DNA from: Acidobacteriota bacterium | GTDB taxonomy: Bacteria > Acidobacteriota > UBA6911 | Length of the DNA: 64,000 bases | Direction: 5' to 3' | NCBI GenBank assembly: GCA_963664705.1 | Contig: OY761556.1 | Location: 4,864,001 to 4,928,000, forward strand | Shown here: piece after piece, positions 1 to 9,579 of the stretch | Numbering within the stretch: the first letter of the stretch is position 1 | Layout: each line of letters starts with the position of its first letter | Notes under the pieces: model-generated | The model's input: only the letters and a program-made list of their open reading frames with translations | What the model was told of the DNA's origin: nothing | Databases searched by the model: none | Translations under genes and position numbers: made by a program

Positions 1-2
1 AG

Positions 3-860
3 AGCACATGCGAACACTGCGGCCAGTGCGCAAGCATCTGCGCCGGGGATGTTCTGGTGATGGAGAATGGCCATGTCCGAGTCAGCAACGACAGCCCATT
101 CGGCTGCATCGCCTGCGGCCACTGCATGATGGTTTGCCCGGTGGGGAGCATCACGGTGACAGGACGTGGGCTCAGCCCAGAGGATCTGCTGACGATGCCT
201 CCCAAGGAATCATGCGCCACAGCCGATCAAATCTTTGCGCTAATGAAAGCTCGCCGCAGTGTTCGACGCTTTCAGCCGCGTGAAGTGGAACCGGAAATAC
301 TCAACCGCATTGTCGAAATGGCCTCCTCTGCCCCCATGGGCATTCCGCCCTGGGACGTGGGCTGCATTATCGTCCAGGGGCGCGACAAGGTTCAGGAACT
401 TGCGACAGAGGTCGTTAAGGGCTACGAACAGATTTTAAAGATATTCAAGCCATGGCTGCTTGCGGTGATGCGTCCGTTCGTGGGCCGGATAATGTATGAA
501 CAGCTTCTCAATTTCGTTCGACCATTGGCCCGGTCCTATATCGACAGCCATCGCCAAGGTCACGACGCGTTATTCTATGACGCACCGGCAGTTTTGGTTT
601 TCCATCATTCGCCATACGCCGAAGCCACCGACGCTGCCATTGCCTGTACCTATGCCATGCTGGCAGCCGAGTCCCTTGGTCTGGGCAATACGATGATCGG
701 GGGAGCCCCGCCTATTATCAAACGCAATAAGAGCCTGTGTGCCCGGCTGGGCATTCCGGCCGGCAACACGCCGTCTATTTCATTGATTGTCGGCTATCCG
801 GCCACGCACTTCAGACAATCCGTCAAACGCCGCTTTTCGCACGTCAACCGGATTGACTGA
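3..860 (+). CDS. Nitroreductase family protein with N-terminal 4Fe-4S dicluster (5'-truncated by window edge)
   Basis: Frame is open from position 3: STCEHCGQCASIC...CIACGHCMMVCP (two CxxCxxCxxxC motifs), then the nitroreductase motif RRSVRRF...SSAP and YAMLAAESLGLG. Confidence 0.85.
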   Translation, partial: STCEHCGQCASICAGDVLVMENGHVRVSNDSPFGCIACGHCMMVCPVGSITVTGRGLSPEDLLTMPPKESCATADQIFALMKARRSVRRFQPREVEPEILNRIVEMASSAPMGIPPWDVGCIIVQGRDKVQELATEVVKGYEQILKIFKPWLLAVMRPFVGRIMYEQLLNFVRPLARSYIDSHRQGHDALFYDAPAVLVFHHSPYAEATDAAIACTYAMLAAESLGLGNTMIGGAPPIIKRNKSLCARLGIPAGNTPSISLIVGYPATHFRQSVKRRFSHVNRID

Positions 861-953
861 CCTTGCCGGCTTGCTCGCTGGCAAGGCAATGTATGGAGCA
901 ATCACGGCTCTTTCCATGACGCTCGCGGCGGCATTCCATGCCAAAATGCTCGG

Positions 954-1808
954 ATGTATCCCGTGAAAAAGTTGAAAGGACTTGTCCGCCTGGTACGCCT
1001 GGAGCTTCCCTTCTCCGCCGGAGTCTGCGTCGTCATGGGACAATTATTCGCGCTGGGTGGGTTTGCCTCCATCCGCAACACGGCTTGCGCGTTTCTGTCC
1101 ATCTTTTCTATTGCAGCGTCCATACTCGTGTTGAACGATTACTTCGATGTCGAAACCGACCGGATCAATGCGCCGCACCGTCCCATCCCTTCCGGCATTG
1201 TGACGAAATCGGAAGCACTCTCGTTTTCCGTACTGCTTGTGGTTGCCGGACTGCTGCTCAGTGTTTTTCTTGGTACCAGCGCTCTTGCCTGCTCATTTGC
1301 CCTGCTGCTAATCGGTTTTCTCTATAATCGCAAATTCAAGCAAAGCGGATTGCCGGGAAATCTGATGGTCAGCGTCTCCGTCGGAATGACCTTTATCTAT
1401 GGCGGCGTATCGGTGGGAGTGCCTTTCGACAAGACCGTATGGCTATTTGCGGGCATTGCCGCGTTGGTCGACCTGGGAGAAGAGATCGCGGCAGATGCGA
1501 TGGATATGGCTGGAGATCGGCTTATCCAGTCGCGGTCACTGGCATTGCGATATGGAAGGGATGTTGCCCTTCGCGTCAGCGGCGGTCTCTTTGCCATTGT
1601 CATCGGGCTGACCTCTGTTCCTTTCCTTTTGGGATGGTTTCCCCTTCCCTATGCGGCGCCGATCGCGGTAATGGACGCCGTGATTGCCGGCTCAACGCTG
1701 CGTCTGCTCAGGTCCGAAAATCATGAAGGGCGAATTTATGTCCGACAGCTATACCTTGGCGCAACCGGCGGACTGCTGCTGTTTTTGCTGATGAGGCTGT
1801 TTCTGTGA
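954..1808 (+). CDS. UbiA-family prenyltransferase (DGGGP-synthase-like)
   Basis: NDYFDVETDRINAPHRPIPSG first Asp-rich motif; EEIAADAMDMAGD second motif; multiple TM helices. Confidence 0.85.
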   Translation: MYPVKKLKGLVRLVRLELPFSAGVCVVMGQLFALGGFASIRNTACAFLSIFSIAASILVLNDYFDVETDRINAPHRPIPSGIVTKSEALSFSVLLVVAGLLLSVFLGTSALACSFALLLIGFLYNRKFKQSGLPGNLMVSVSVGMTFIYGGVSVGVPFDKTVWLFAGIAALVDLGEEIAADAMDMAGDRLIQSRSLALRYGRDVALRVSGGLFAIVIGLTSVPFLLGWFPLPYAAPIAVMDAVIAGSTLRLLRSENHEGRIYVRQLYLGATGGLLLFLLMRLFL

Positions 1809-1848
1809 TCCAGTCCTCGCTGGAGCGCCATGCAGCCACGCCCAGTAG

Positions 1849-1887
1849 TCTGAAATCCGGAATCTGGAATCTGGAATCTGAAATCCG
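1849..1887. repeat. Heptamer tandem repeat (TCTGRAA)x~5.5, intergenic
   Basis: tctgaaa tccggaa tctggaa tctggaa tctgaaa tccg. Confidence 0.8.
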
Positions 1888-1964
1888 ACTCAGATTGTTC
1901 CAAAGCACTTCGTGAGAATTAGTGGCCAACGTGGAAGGCAATCCTATAATATTCAAGCTGCGCT

Positions 1965-2780
1965 ATGGAATCAGATCATCCCAATGACTTGGCCGGTCAG
2001 ACAAATCTGCCGGCAGGACAGCATCCGCGGATAAACCCGGATGAAACACTCGACCGTTTGACCTCGAAATTCCTTATTATCCAAAAACGCCGGGGGCACC
2101 GGGCTGCTTCCGACGATACCCTGCTTGCCTGGGCCGCAGCTCGAACTCGTCCGGAAGCGTCGAGAGTTCTGGATCTGGGCAGCGGCAAGGGAACTGTCGC
2201 AATGCTTCTGCTCCACTGCTTGCCCGGTTGCCGTGTGATTGGGCTGGAGGCGCTGGAGGTTAGTCACGAACTCGCAACTCGAAATGCGCATCTGAATTCG
2301 CTGCAGGATCGTTGGGATCCGCGCCTGGGCGATCTGCGGGATCCAAGCCTCCTCGCCGGTGAATCTCTCTTCGATCTCATCACCGGTGCCCCGCCGTTCA
2401 TGCCGGTCGGAAGCGGTGTCATGCCCAAAGATCCCCAGCGCGCGGCCGGTCGATTCGAATTGCGGGGGGGCGTGTGGGACTACGCAGAGGCGGCGGCCGG
2501 AAATCTGGCCAAAGGAGGAAAGGTCGTATTTCTCATGGACGGGCTTGCTTCCTCCAGATCCCGAACACTGCACGCCCTGAGCGCGGCCGGACTCTGCATC
2601 AGCGTTATTACTGCAGTACATCCTTTCCCCGGTCGGAACCCGGTTTATTGGATCTTCGAAGCCGGTATGGGAGCCCAGCTGCAAACAGAGCAGTCGCTTT
2701 GCATCCGCACCAAACAGGATGGCGCTTTCTCACCGGAGTTTGAAGCGATCCGCCGGGAAATGAACTGTATTCCCGGTTAG
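1965..2780 (+). CDS. Class I SAM methyltransferase, tRNA1(Val) m6A37 (TrmN6)-like
   Basis: IIQKRRGHR..DDTLLA N-terminus, VLDLGSGKG motif I, GAPPF in place of NPPY, RFELRG. Confidence 0.75.
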   Translation: MESDHPNDLAGQTNLPAGQHPRINPDETLDRLTSKFLIIQKRRGHRAASDDTLLAWAAARTRPEASRVLDLGSGKGTVAMLLLHCLPGCRVIGLEALEVSHELATRNAHLNSLQDRWDPRLGDLRDPSLLAGESLFDLITGAPPFMPVGSGVMPKDPQRAAGRFELRGGVWDYAEAAAGNLAKGGKVVFLMDGLASSRSRTLHALSAAGLCISVITAVHPFPGRNPVYWIFEAGMGAQLQTEQSLCIRTKQDGAFSPEFEAIRREMNCIPG

Positions 2781-2937
2781 TGAATTCCCCACAAAAATTG
2801 AGAATCCTGGTATGGCCGCGATGGACCGGGATGGAACCGGGTTAAAGCATATTCCGCTATCCCCAGGAACTTTTCGTAGTAAAATCAGCCACTTTTGTTT
2901 TTCCAGGTAATCGCTGTTTGCGGCAGAGCTTTGTGGG

Positions 2938-5565
2938 ATGAGAAAAGACGACATCGCGCATATCCTGAAGGAGACTATGCTTTTCCAGCGGCTGGAGCGA
3001 AGCCAGCTCCTGGCAACCGCTGCAGTCGCCAAGATCTCGAGTTTTCCGGAGAACAGCTATGTCTATCGGCAGGACGATGTTGGAGAGGGATTCTATATTG
3101 TAGCTTCCGGCGAAGTCGATCTGGTGCTGTCTCGAGACGGCGGCGAAAAGATCGTGGTCGGGCGGATTGGTCCCGGTGGTCATTTCGGCGAGACCTCGCT
3201 GATTACCGGAAAACCGCATTCCCTGGGAGCCCGGGCCAAAGGAAAGCTGGTATTGATCTGGTTTGACCGGCATGTGTTTCAAGAAGTGCTTTTGGGCGAT
3301 GACTCCATCCATAGCCGGATGAATCTGGCGCTTGCCGAACGACTGAGAGTTTCCTTTCTGGACCAGGCGGATTCCGCAATACACGGCCATCGACGCGTTG
3401 CGGAAAAGGCCTCTTCATGGTCGGAGGATTTCGCCTATTTCGCCGAGGATCACGATCCGGGAACCAGCGAGAGCGGGCCGAATAGCCATCCCGTCTCGAC
3501 TACCACCAAGCGCGTCCAGAATATTACAAGCATTTTCGCCAAAAACCTCCACCCGGTTTTTCTAAGCGGCGAACCAGGCACCGGCAAGAAGCTGCTCGCC
3601 AACCAGATTCACCTGCAGAGTGTCTATGCCCACGGGCCCTATATTGAGGTGGATCTAAGAGACATCGAAGAGCAGGAGATCGTGGAAAAGCTCTTTGGCA
3701 ATCAGCGGGACGACCTGCCATTCACTCAAGCCCGGCAGGTGGGCACCTTTGAGCAATTCAGTGGTGGAACCGTGGCGCTGCTGAACTGCGAATCCATGGG
3801 TGAGCCGCTCCAGCAGAAACTTATCAAAGCGATCACTGAGGGCTCCTTTACACGAGTGGGCGGCAACCGGAAAACCCTGTTTCAGACTCGTGTCATTTTT
3901 ATCAGCGAATCAAGCATGGAAGATGTGGAAGCGACAGGCACCATCCTGCCGAAAATGCTCGAGATTCTGCAGCGGCAGCACTACCGCGTCCCGCCGTTGC
4001 GGGAGCATCGACGCGACCTGCCGCGACTGATTGAGCATTTCCTTCGTCGTTACAGCCGGGAATATGGAAAGAACATCCACAAAATCCATCCGAATTCCAT
4101 GGGGATCCTGCTGAATTACGAGTGGCCCGGGAACATGCCCGAACTGGAGAGCGTGATCCAGCGGGCAGTCATGCTGGCTCAGAAAGACGAGATTCTGACC
4201 GACCAGATCCTGCTGGGCCTGCCGAAGACTGAAGGGAAATGGGAGTTCAACGTACTGCGCATTCCCTGGGTGAGGAAGCTCCTGGAGTCGAGATATTTTC
4301 CGGTTATTCCGCGGGCTGTTATCGGCTACATCTTTCTCGCGGCAGTACTGGCATTGTTCTTCGGTCCGTCTGAACCGGAGAAGAACATCGGTATGACATT
4401 GAGCTGGGTAATCGGGTGGCCGATTTTATTCTTTTCCTTTTTCTTCCTCGGCAGGCTCTGGTGCACGGTCTGTACCCTGACGGTCCCGGGTCGAATGGTT
4501 CAATCGGTCCTGAAGCCGGATCGAAGCACCCCTAAACTAATAAAAAAATATTCCGGCTGGATCATGGCTTTGCTTTGCATCCTGGTGCTTTGGGTTGAAA
4601 TTGTGTGGGATGCCCACAATCATCCACGAATCGGTGGCTGGGTGATCCTGTCGGTCACGCTGGGAGCCCTTTTCTTCCGCACGTTTTTCAAGCGCCGATC
4701 CTGGTGTCTGTATGTCTGTCCGCTGGGTGCCATCAATGCGATTTTCGCCATGCCTTCCATCCTGGAGTTGAGAGCCAATCGACATCTTTGCCTGAATCGT
4801 TGCCGGAAGCATGTCTGCTTCGGCGCGGAGAATGAGCAGTCCGGATGTCCGATGTACCGGCATCCGTTCCTGGTCGACAACAACCGGGATTGCATTCTGT
4901 GCGCCAAATGCATCAAGAACTGCAAAGATAATTCGATCCATTTGAACTTCCGTCTTGCTCCGCAGGAGCTCTGGGACCTGGAAACACCAAGGCGGCCCGA
5001 CAGCTTTCTGATTGTTGCCCTGGGTGCGATCTTTTTCCCATTTGCGCTGCAGGAAAGATTCCTCCAGTTGATTGGCAGGGGACTGGCTCTTCTCCCTGCC
5101 GGCATCCATCTGCCGATATGGCTGGCCGCGACGGCTGTATTCTTCAGTCTCATCCTGCTCTTTGAAATCGGCTATGGACTGATGGTGGCCATCCAGGCGC
5201 GTTATGCGGCGGTGAACAAAGAGGTGCTGCTGCCCTTGTTGGGATATGGATTCATCCCGATGATTCTTGGCTGCTATTTAACCGTCCACTTCGATATCTT
5301 TGTGGGAGGCGCCTGGCGGCTTTGGCCCAACCTTCTCTCACTGATAGGAATTCAGTCCCTCTATCAAGGAGAGCGAATACTGAGCCTGGGAGGCACGGCG
5401 GTTCTTCAGACCATCACGGTTTTCGGCGGCATGCTGGCCTCTTTCTATGCAATATTCAGGATCATGGCGCGCCTGAAAGGGAGCCGCCAGTTTTCGTCCA
5501 GGATGCTGCTGCTGCCATACAGCTTCATGATTATTCTCGGCGGTCTGTCCCTCTTTATTATCTGA
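2938..5565 (+). CDS. Fusion: cNMP-binding domain + degenerate sigma54-type AAA+ domain + membrane polyferredoxin (4Fe-4S binding)
   Basis: GFYIVASGEV..HFGETSL (cNMP); GEPGTGKK Walker A, WPGN; TM region with WCTVC, WCLYVCPLG, CILCAKCIKNC. Confidence 0.85.
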   Translation: MRKDDIAHILKETMLFQRLERSQLLATAAVAKISSFPENSYVYRQDDVGEGFYIVASGEVDLVLSRDGGEKIVVGRIGPGGHFGETSLITGKPHSLGARAKGKLVLIWFDRHVFQEVLLGDDSIHSRMNLALAERLRVSFLDQADSAIHGHRRVAEKASSWSEDFAYFAEDHDPGTSESGPNSHPVSTTTKRVQNITSIFAKNLHPVFLSGEPGTGKKLLANQIHLQSVYAHGPYIEVDLRDIEEQEIVEKLFGNQRDDLPFTQARQVGTFEQFSGGTVALLNCESMGEPLQQKLIKAITEGSFTRVGGNRKTLFQTRVIFISESSMEDVEATGTILPKMLEILQRQHYRVPPLREHRRDLPRLIEHFLRRYSREYGKNIHKIHPNSMGILLNYEWPGNMPELESVIQRAVMLAQKDEILTDQILLGLPKTEGKWEFNVLRIPWVRKLLESRYFPVIPRAVIGYIFLAAVLALFFGPSEPEKNIGMTLSWVIGWPILFFSFFFLGRLWCTVCTLTVPGRMVQSVLKPDRSTPKLIKKYSGWIMALLCILVLWVEIVWDAHNHPRIGGWVILSVTLGALFFRTFFKRRSWCLYVCPLGAINAIFAMPSILELRANRHLCLNRCRKHVCFGAENEQSGCPMYRHPFLVDNNRDCILCAKCIKNCKDNSIHLNFRLAPQELWDLETPRRPDSFLIVALGAIFFPFALQERFLQLIGRGLALLPAGIHLPIWLAATAVFFSLILLFEIGYGLMVAIQARYAAVNKEVLLPLLGYGFIPMILGCYLTVHFDIFVGGAWRLWPNLLSLIGIQSLYQGERILSLGGTAVLQTITVFGGMLASFYAIFRIMARLKGSRQFSSRMLLLPYSFMIILGGLSLFII

Positions 5566-5586
5566 CCCCGAAACCACCGATTTTCT

Positions 5587-7638
5587 TCAACGCAGCACGT
5601 TGCTTTCCTCCGCCTGCCGGATGAGCAGTTCGCCGTCCTCAGGCAGCAGGAACCGCTGTTTTACCAGGCCCCCGACCGCTTTCTTCACCGATTCGACATA
5701 GCCCGCATGATTTGAATATCGCTCCTCGATGGACAGGCGCGGATCCCCGGAGGCCTGACGCTCAGTCTTCGACCTGGCAAACGGAACGAAGCCGCCCGTA
5801 AATCCGCAGGCGCGTCCCCGGTAGAATCCTCCCTGAGTAACGTTCCAGCCCAAATAGGTACCCAGCGGCGCCTGATGCAGCGGGGATGCGATTCCGCTTG
5901 TTTCATTGCCGTCAGCATCCACCTTCGGCACAAGCAACGGCAGAATGCGTTGAACGATCGGCGGCTGAATTGTCAGTACTCCGGATAGATCGCGGCGGAT
6001 AAATTCCGGGCCAAAATCATAATCAAGAAATGAGTTGATGAGATGATCGGGCAGGGGCCGGCCGGGAATGGCGGGAAAGCCCAGGCTCCGGGAGTCGGGC
6101 CGCACCAGCTGCCCTTTGTCCAACCGGGGATAGACGCTTTGCGGCGGCTCTGCATTTTTAGTCACCCAATCGGTCAATGCAGCGATCAAGGCCCGCATCG
6201 TTTCGCTTTGCGGATTTGGGTTCTGCGGCAAATCGCAGGAGGGCGCCACGGCAGGAACCTCAGTGCTGAATCCACCACGCCCCCCGCCGTGAGTTGTGCC
6301 CGGAAAATAATAACGGCGCACATTGGCCGGAAGCGGAATATCCCTATCGGCGGCAGTGCCGATCAGGTTGGGTGACATCCGCAAACCCCAGAACTCCGCA
6401 GAACCGAACGTTTCCATAATCTTCGGACAGGTCTTTGTTGCGCGGCAACGGTCCAGCATGCTTCCGCTTTTCTGCCCGCGCATCCTATCCGCATAGGATC
6501 CCCACCAGAGTTGCGGTTCACTGCCCGCCTCATACATGTTGGCCGCGCCGCCTGGAGTGGCAAACCGGATATTCAGCGCCAGTTGCCGGCCGGCAATGTG
6601 CGGATTGGCGCCATCCCACACAATTTGTCCCGCTTCATCCTGGTTGAAACCAAGATGAAGGAAACTTTTGATGAAATTCCCCGACTGTGAAACGCCTTGC
6701 GCGATCACATGCCGCATCTTCCCTGCAACGGGATTAGCCAGATTATTCGAATCCATCGCAGAGCGACGGAAGAAGGAAACGATGTCGCGCGTTGCCGCGA
6801 AACCGATACCCAGCACAAGCGGATCTTTTGCCGTATATCTCAGTTCGTATAGATAGGCCGGATCGAATCCGTCCTTGAGGCAAACTTTGCCGGCATCGGG
6901 TTTTCCCGGAAACGGCATTTTGCTGCAATCCGCAAAAGCCCACTCCATTGGAGCGATCGGAATAACGGCGCTTTCCTCGCCAGCCTGTTTGGTGAGTGTT
7001 GCCCTATTGGTATTCATGTCCGCGGTTTCATGCGCAACGGGCAGCGGCATTGTTCCGGTACCTGCAGGCATGTTATTGAAGCGCGCCCATGCGGGTCCGG
7101 TGATACTGGAACCGTCCGCTTTCCGGGCGACCGGAACGGTAATTGTTTCGCTGCCGGGGCGCCCGGCCAGGTCGCCCTGCCAGCCGCTGTGCAAAATCAC
7201 GTATCCGCGTTTGAGAAAGAAATCATCGCCCGATTCACCTGCGGTGCCGAACGACATTGTTGAAATGCGGCTGCCGCGATTAGGTACGGCATAAAGGAGC
7301 ACGCCATTGGCCTTCGTCATGTCTACCGGCTTGACCAATGTATAGGTGGCAGAATATTCGACATGCCCGCGAACATTGCGCGGCGCAAAACCGAGATCGG
7401 TAATAATAGCATTGTGAACATCTTTGGGATCCAGCTCGCCATAGGCGCGTCCGCTGAGAATCTCATACGGACCCACGCTTCCAAAGCTCTTCCCATCAAA
7501 TGCAGGCGACTGCCGCTGTTCGATCTCAATCCGAATAATCCGAGCCTCAACTTTTGCGGCGCACAAAATAGCGATAATCAAAGAAAACCACATTGCGGAG
7601 GGTCGCTGAGCCAATAATGATTTGCGCGATGGATTCAT
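5587..7638 (-). CDS. Secreted alpha/beta hydrolase domain protein
   Basis: Signal peptide; VPNRG, GWQGD, GVSQSG nucleophile elbow, VPKVDADGNE; GGAG RBS supports ATG at 7638. Confidence 0.75.
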   Translation of the reverse strand: MNPSRKSLLAQRPSAMWFSLIIAILCAAKVEARIIRIEIEQRQSPAFDGKSFGSVGPYEILSGRAYGELDPKDVHNAIITDLGFAPRNVRGHVEYSATYTLVKPVDMTKANGVLLYAVPNRGSRISTMSFGTAGESGDDFFLKRGYVILHSGWQGDLAGRPGSETITVPVARKADGSSITGPAWARFNNMPAGTGTMPLPVAHETADMNTNRATLTKQAGEESAVIPIAPMEWAFADCSKMPFPGKPDAGKVCLKDGFDPAYLYELRYTAKDPLVLGIGFAATRDIVSFFRRSAMDSNNLANPVAGKMRHVIAQGVSQSGNFIKSFLHLGFNQDEAGQIVWDGANPHIAGRQLALNIRFATPGGAANMYEAGSEPQLWWGSYADRMRGQKSGSMLDRCRATKTCPKIMETFGSAEFWGLRMSPNLIGTAADRDIPLPANVRRYYFPGTTHGGGRGGFSTEVPAVAPSCDLPQNPNPQSETMRALIAALTDWVTKNAEPPQSVYPRLDKGQLVRPDSRSLGFPAIPGRPLPDHLINSFLDYDFGPEFIRRDLSGVLTIQPPIVQRILPLLVPKVDADGNETSGIASPLHQAPLGTYLGWNVTQGGFYRGRACGFTGGFVPFARSKTERQASGDPRLSIEERYSNHAGYVESVKKAVGGLVKQRFLLPEDGELLIRQAEESNVLR

Positions 7639-7764
7639 TCGCTGTTTACTCCAGAAATAGAAGCGCCACTGTAGGAGAAGATTCCCGATCTGAGCCCTCA
7701 ACACTATCGTAGAATGGCTGGGAGCATGTTCGAGAATTGGGATAGGATATACCTCATTCTGAGA

Positions 7765-9384
7765 CTATTTGACGTTCTTGTTTGAAGGCAACGCACATAC
7801 AAAACTGGCAGCGTCGTCCGTATTTCCGCTTCCTTTGTACTTTGCAACCTGAGGATATGGACACAACGGACGCGTTCGATCCACTTTGCCGGCCGCTGAA
7901 TGGGAGGCAATAATCTGATCGGGCGCCGTATCCCTTTCCACCCACTGCTCCAGAGAGGCAAGCGCATCAAAGCTATTCGGTCCGGAACCGCCGCCGCAAT
8001 GAGCCATCCCGGGCGCCATAAAGAGTCGCACGAATTCATCCGACTTCCTGACGCCTCCGTTTTTCTTTTGAACGCTTTCAAAATACTGAACCGTGTTTCT
8101 TGGAGCAATATTCTGGTCCAGCCACCCGTGGTACATAATCATTTTGCCGCCGCGCTGTGCAAAGAGAGCTAGATCCGGATTGGTTGAGTCCAGGACTGGA
8201 CCAAGTTTCCGGGATGCATCCTCCATGAACGCAAAGTTCTTTGAGTCGGAGAAGGAAAAATTCCTCCAGTTCCAATTCGGGTCCTTCATCACCATAAATT
8301 TGAAATAGGAAATAGGCGTATTAAAAGGATTGTTGATGTGCCCCGGCCACTGAGTTTCACTGCTTTTCTCATAGCCATACCAGAAGTTTCTCCCGGTAGA
8401 AGGATCCTTAGCCCCTTCGTAAATTTTCCTTACTGAATCCGCTTGAGCCGCGGTCAGGCAGGTTGGACGATCCGCCCCGGAACACTGGATCCTGGCGGGA
8501 TCGAAATTGCACTGCCTGGGATCCTCGATAACGCCATCCTTGATGCCATCTGACTCATCACATGCTTCGATCGCGGCATTGGTGATCAACGACAGTTTTT
8601 CGTTGGGGATGCGGCTGGCTTCATCTCTGTGGGTAACCCAGGCCGCATAAAGCTCCCCGGGCCAAAGGCGTGTTGGGAAATTTGCGGGTGCGCCGGCCAC
8701 GATACCGTTGTAATCGGCTGGGTATCGTTGAGCCTCGGAGAGCGCCTGACCGCCTCCACCCGAGCAACCGGTGAAGTACGAGTAGCGCGGATCCTGATTG
8801 TAGTACGCCTTGATGACTGTCTTCGCGGCGATCGCGGTCATGTGTATGGAACGCGATGCAAAATCAATGCGCAGTTTTTCATCAAGCGCCCAGGAGTCAT
8901 CCCCCATTTTGTCAACATGGCCGGTATCCGTGCTGGCCGTAGCATAGCCTCGCGCAATTGCCTGCATCATGGCATCGTAGTTGATGAAACCGGCAAGGCC
9001 ACCGTTTCCGACTCCATTAAATTTTCCATTCCATTTCCGTTCACCGGATAACAGTGGCAGCCAAATCTCAAAATTGATTGAAGGTTGCACCTTACCGGAT
9101 ACACGGCAAAAAGCAGGCATGGCATTTCCTGTGGCTGCCGAGCCTCGACCGATATCCGGCTTCCCTCCGAAAGGAGGCTGTCCGCCGCCGAGAGCAATTC
9201 CTCTGCCTGGAGGAATAAATTCGCCTGCCGACACCGATTGGGCGGCAACGATGTTTATTTCGGGAATTTTGAGGTTTTTCAGGCCCTCACAAGAGCCCGT
9301 CGTCACCTGACCGTATGCCGAGGCAATCGAAAGAATCATGGCAATGCTCAGGAATGCAGCGGAGCCAACTCTATAAGCTTTCAT
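7765..9384 (-). CDS. Tannase/feruloyl esterase family alpha/beta hydrolase (secreted)
   Basis: GNGG, STDTGH, GCSGGG, HGWLD, PGMAHCGGG, RPLCPYP; signal peptide; AAGGA RBS before ATG 9384. Confidence 0.92.
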   Translation of the reverse strand: MKAYRVGSAAFLSIAMILSIASAYGQVTTGSCEGLKNLKIPEINIVAAQSVSAGEFIPPGRGIALGGGQPPFGGKPDIGRGSAATGNAMPAFCRVSGKVQPSINFEIWLPLLSGERKWNGKFNGVGNGGLAGFINYDAMMQAIARGYATASTDTGHVDKMGDDSWALDEKLRIDFASRSIHMTAIAAKTVIKAYYNQDPRYSYFTGCSGGGGQALSEAQRYPADYNGIVAGAPANFPTRLWPGELYAAWVTHRDEASRIPNEKLSLITNAAIEACDESDGIKDGVIEDPRQCNFDPARIQCSGADRPTCLTAAQADSVRKIYEGAKDPSTGRNFWYGYEKSSETQWPGHINNPFNTPISYFKFMVMKDPNWNWRNFSFSDSKNFAFMEDASRKLGPVLDSTNPDLALFAQRGGKMIMYHGWLDQNIAPRNTVQYFESVQKKNGGVRKSDEFVRLFMAPGMAHCGGGSGPNSFDALASLEQWVERDTAPDQIIASHSAAGKVDRTRPLCPYPQVAKYKGSGNTDDAASFVCALPSNKNVK

Positions 9385-9579
9385 TTTCTTTTCCTTATGC
9401 AAAAGATGTGCCGACCGGATCCAGGCTAACAATTCCGCATAACGAATCTTGAAACCATCTCGGCTATAACGCAGGCATTTATGCAAGGAATCTCCACTAC
9501 CAGACAAGCGGCAGTATGGATTAGCCGGAAACGGGGCTGAACATCGAGGCTCCCTGCAAATTTCGGTACATGAGCCCGA

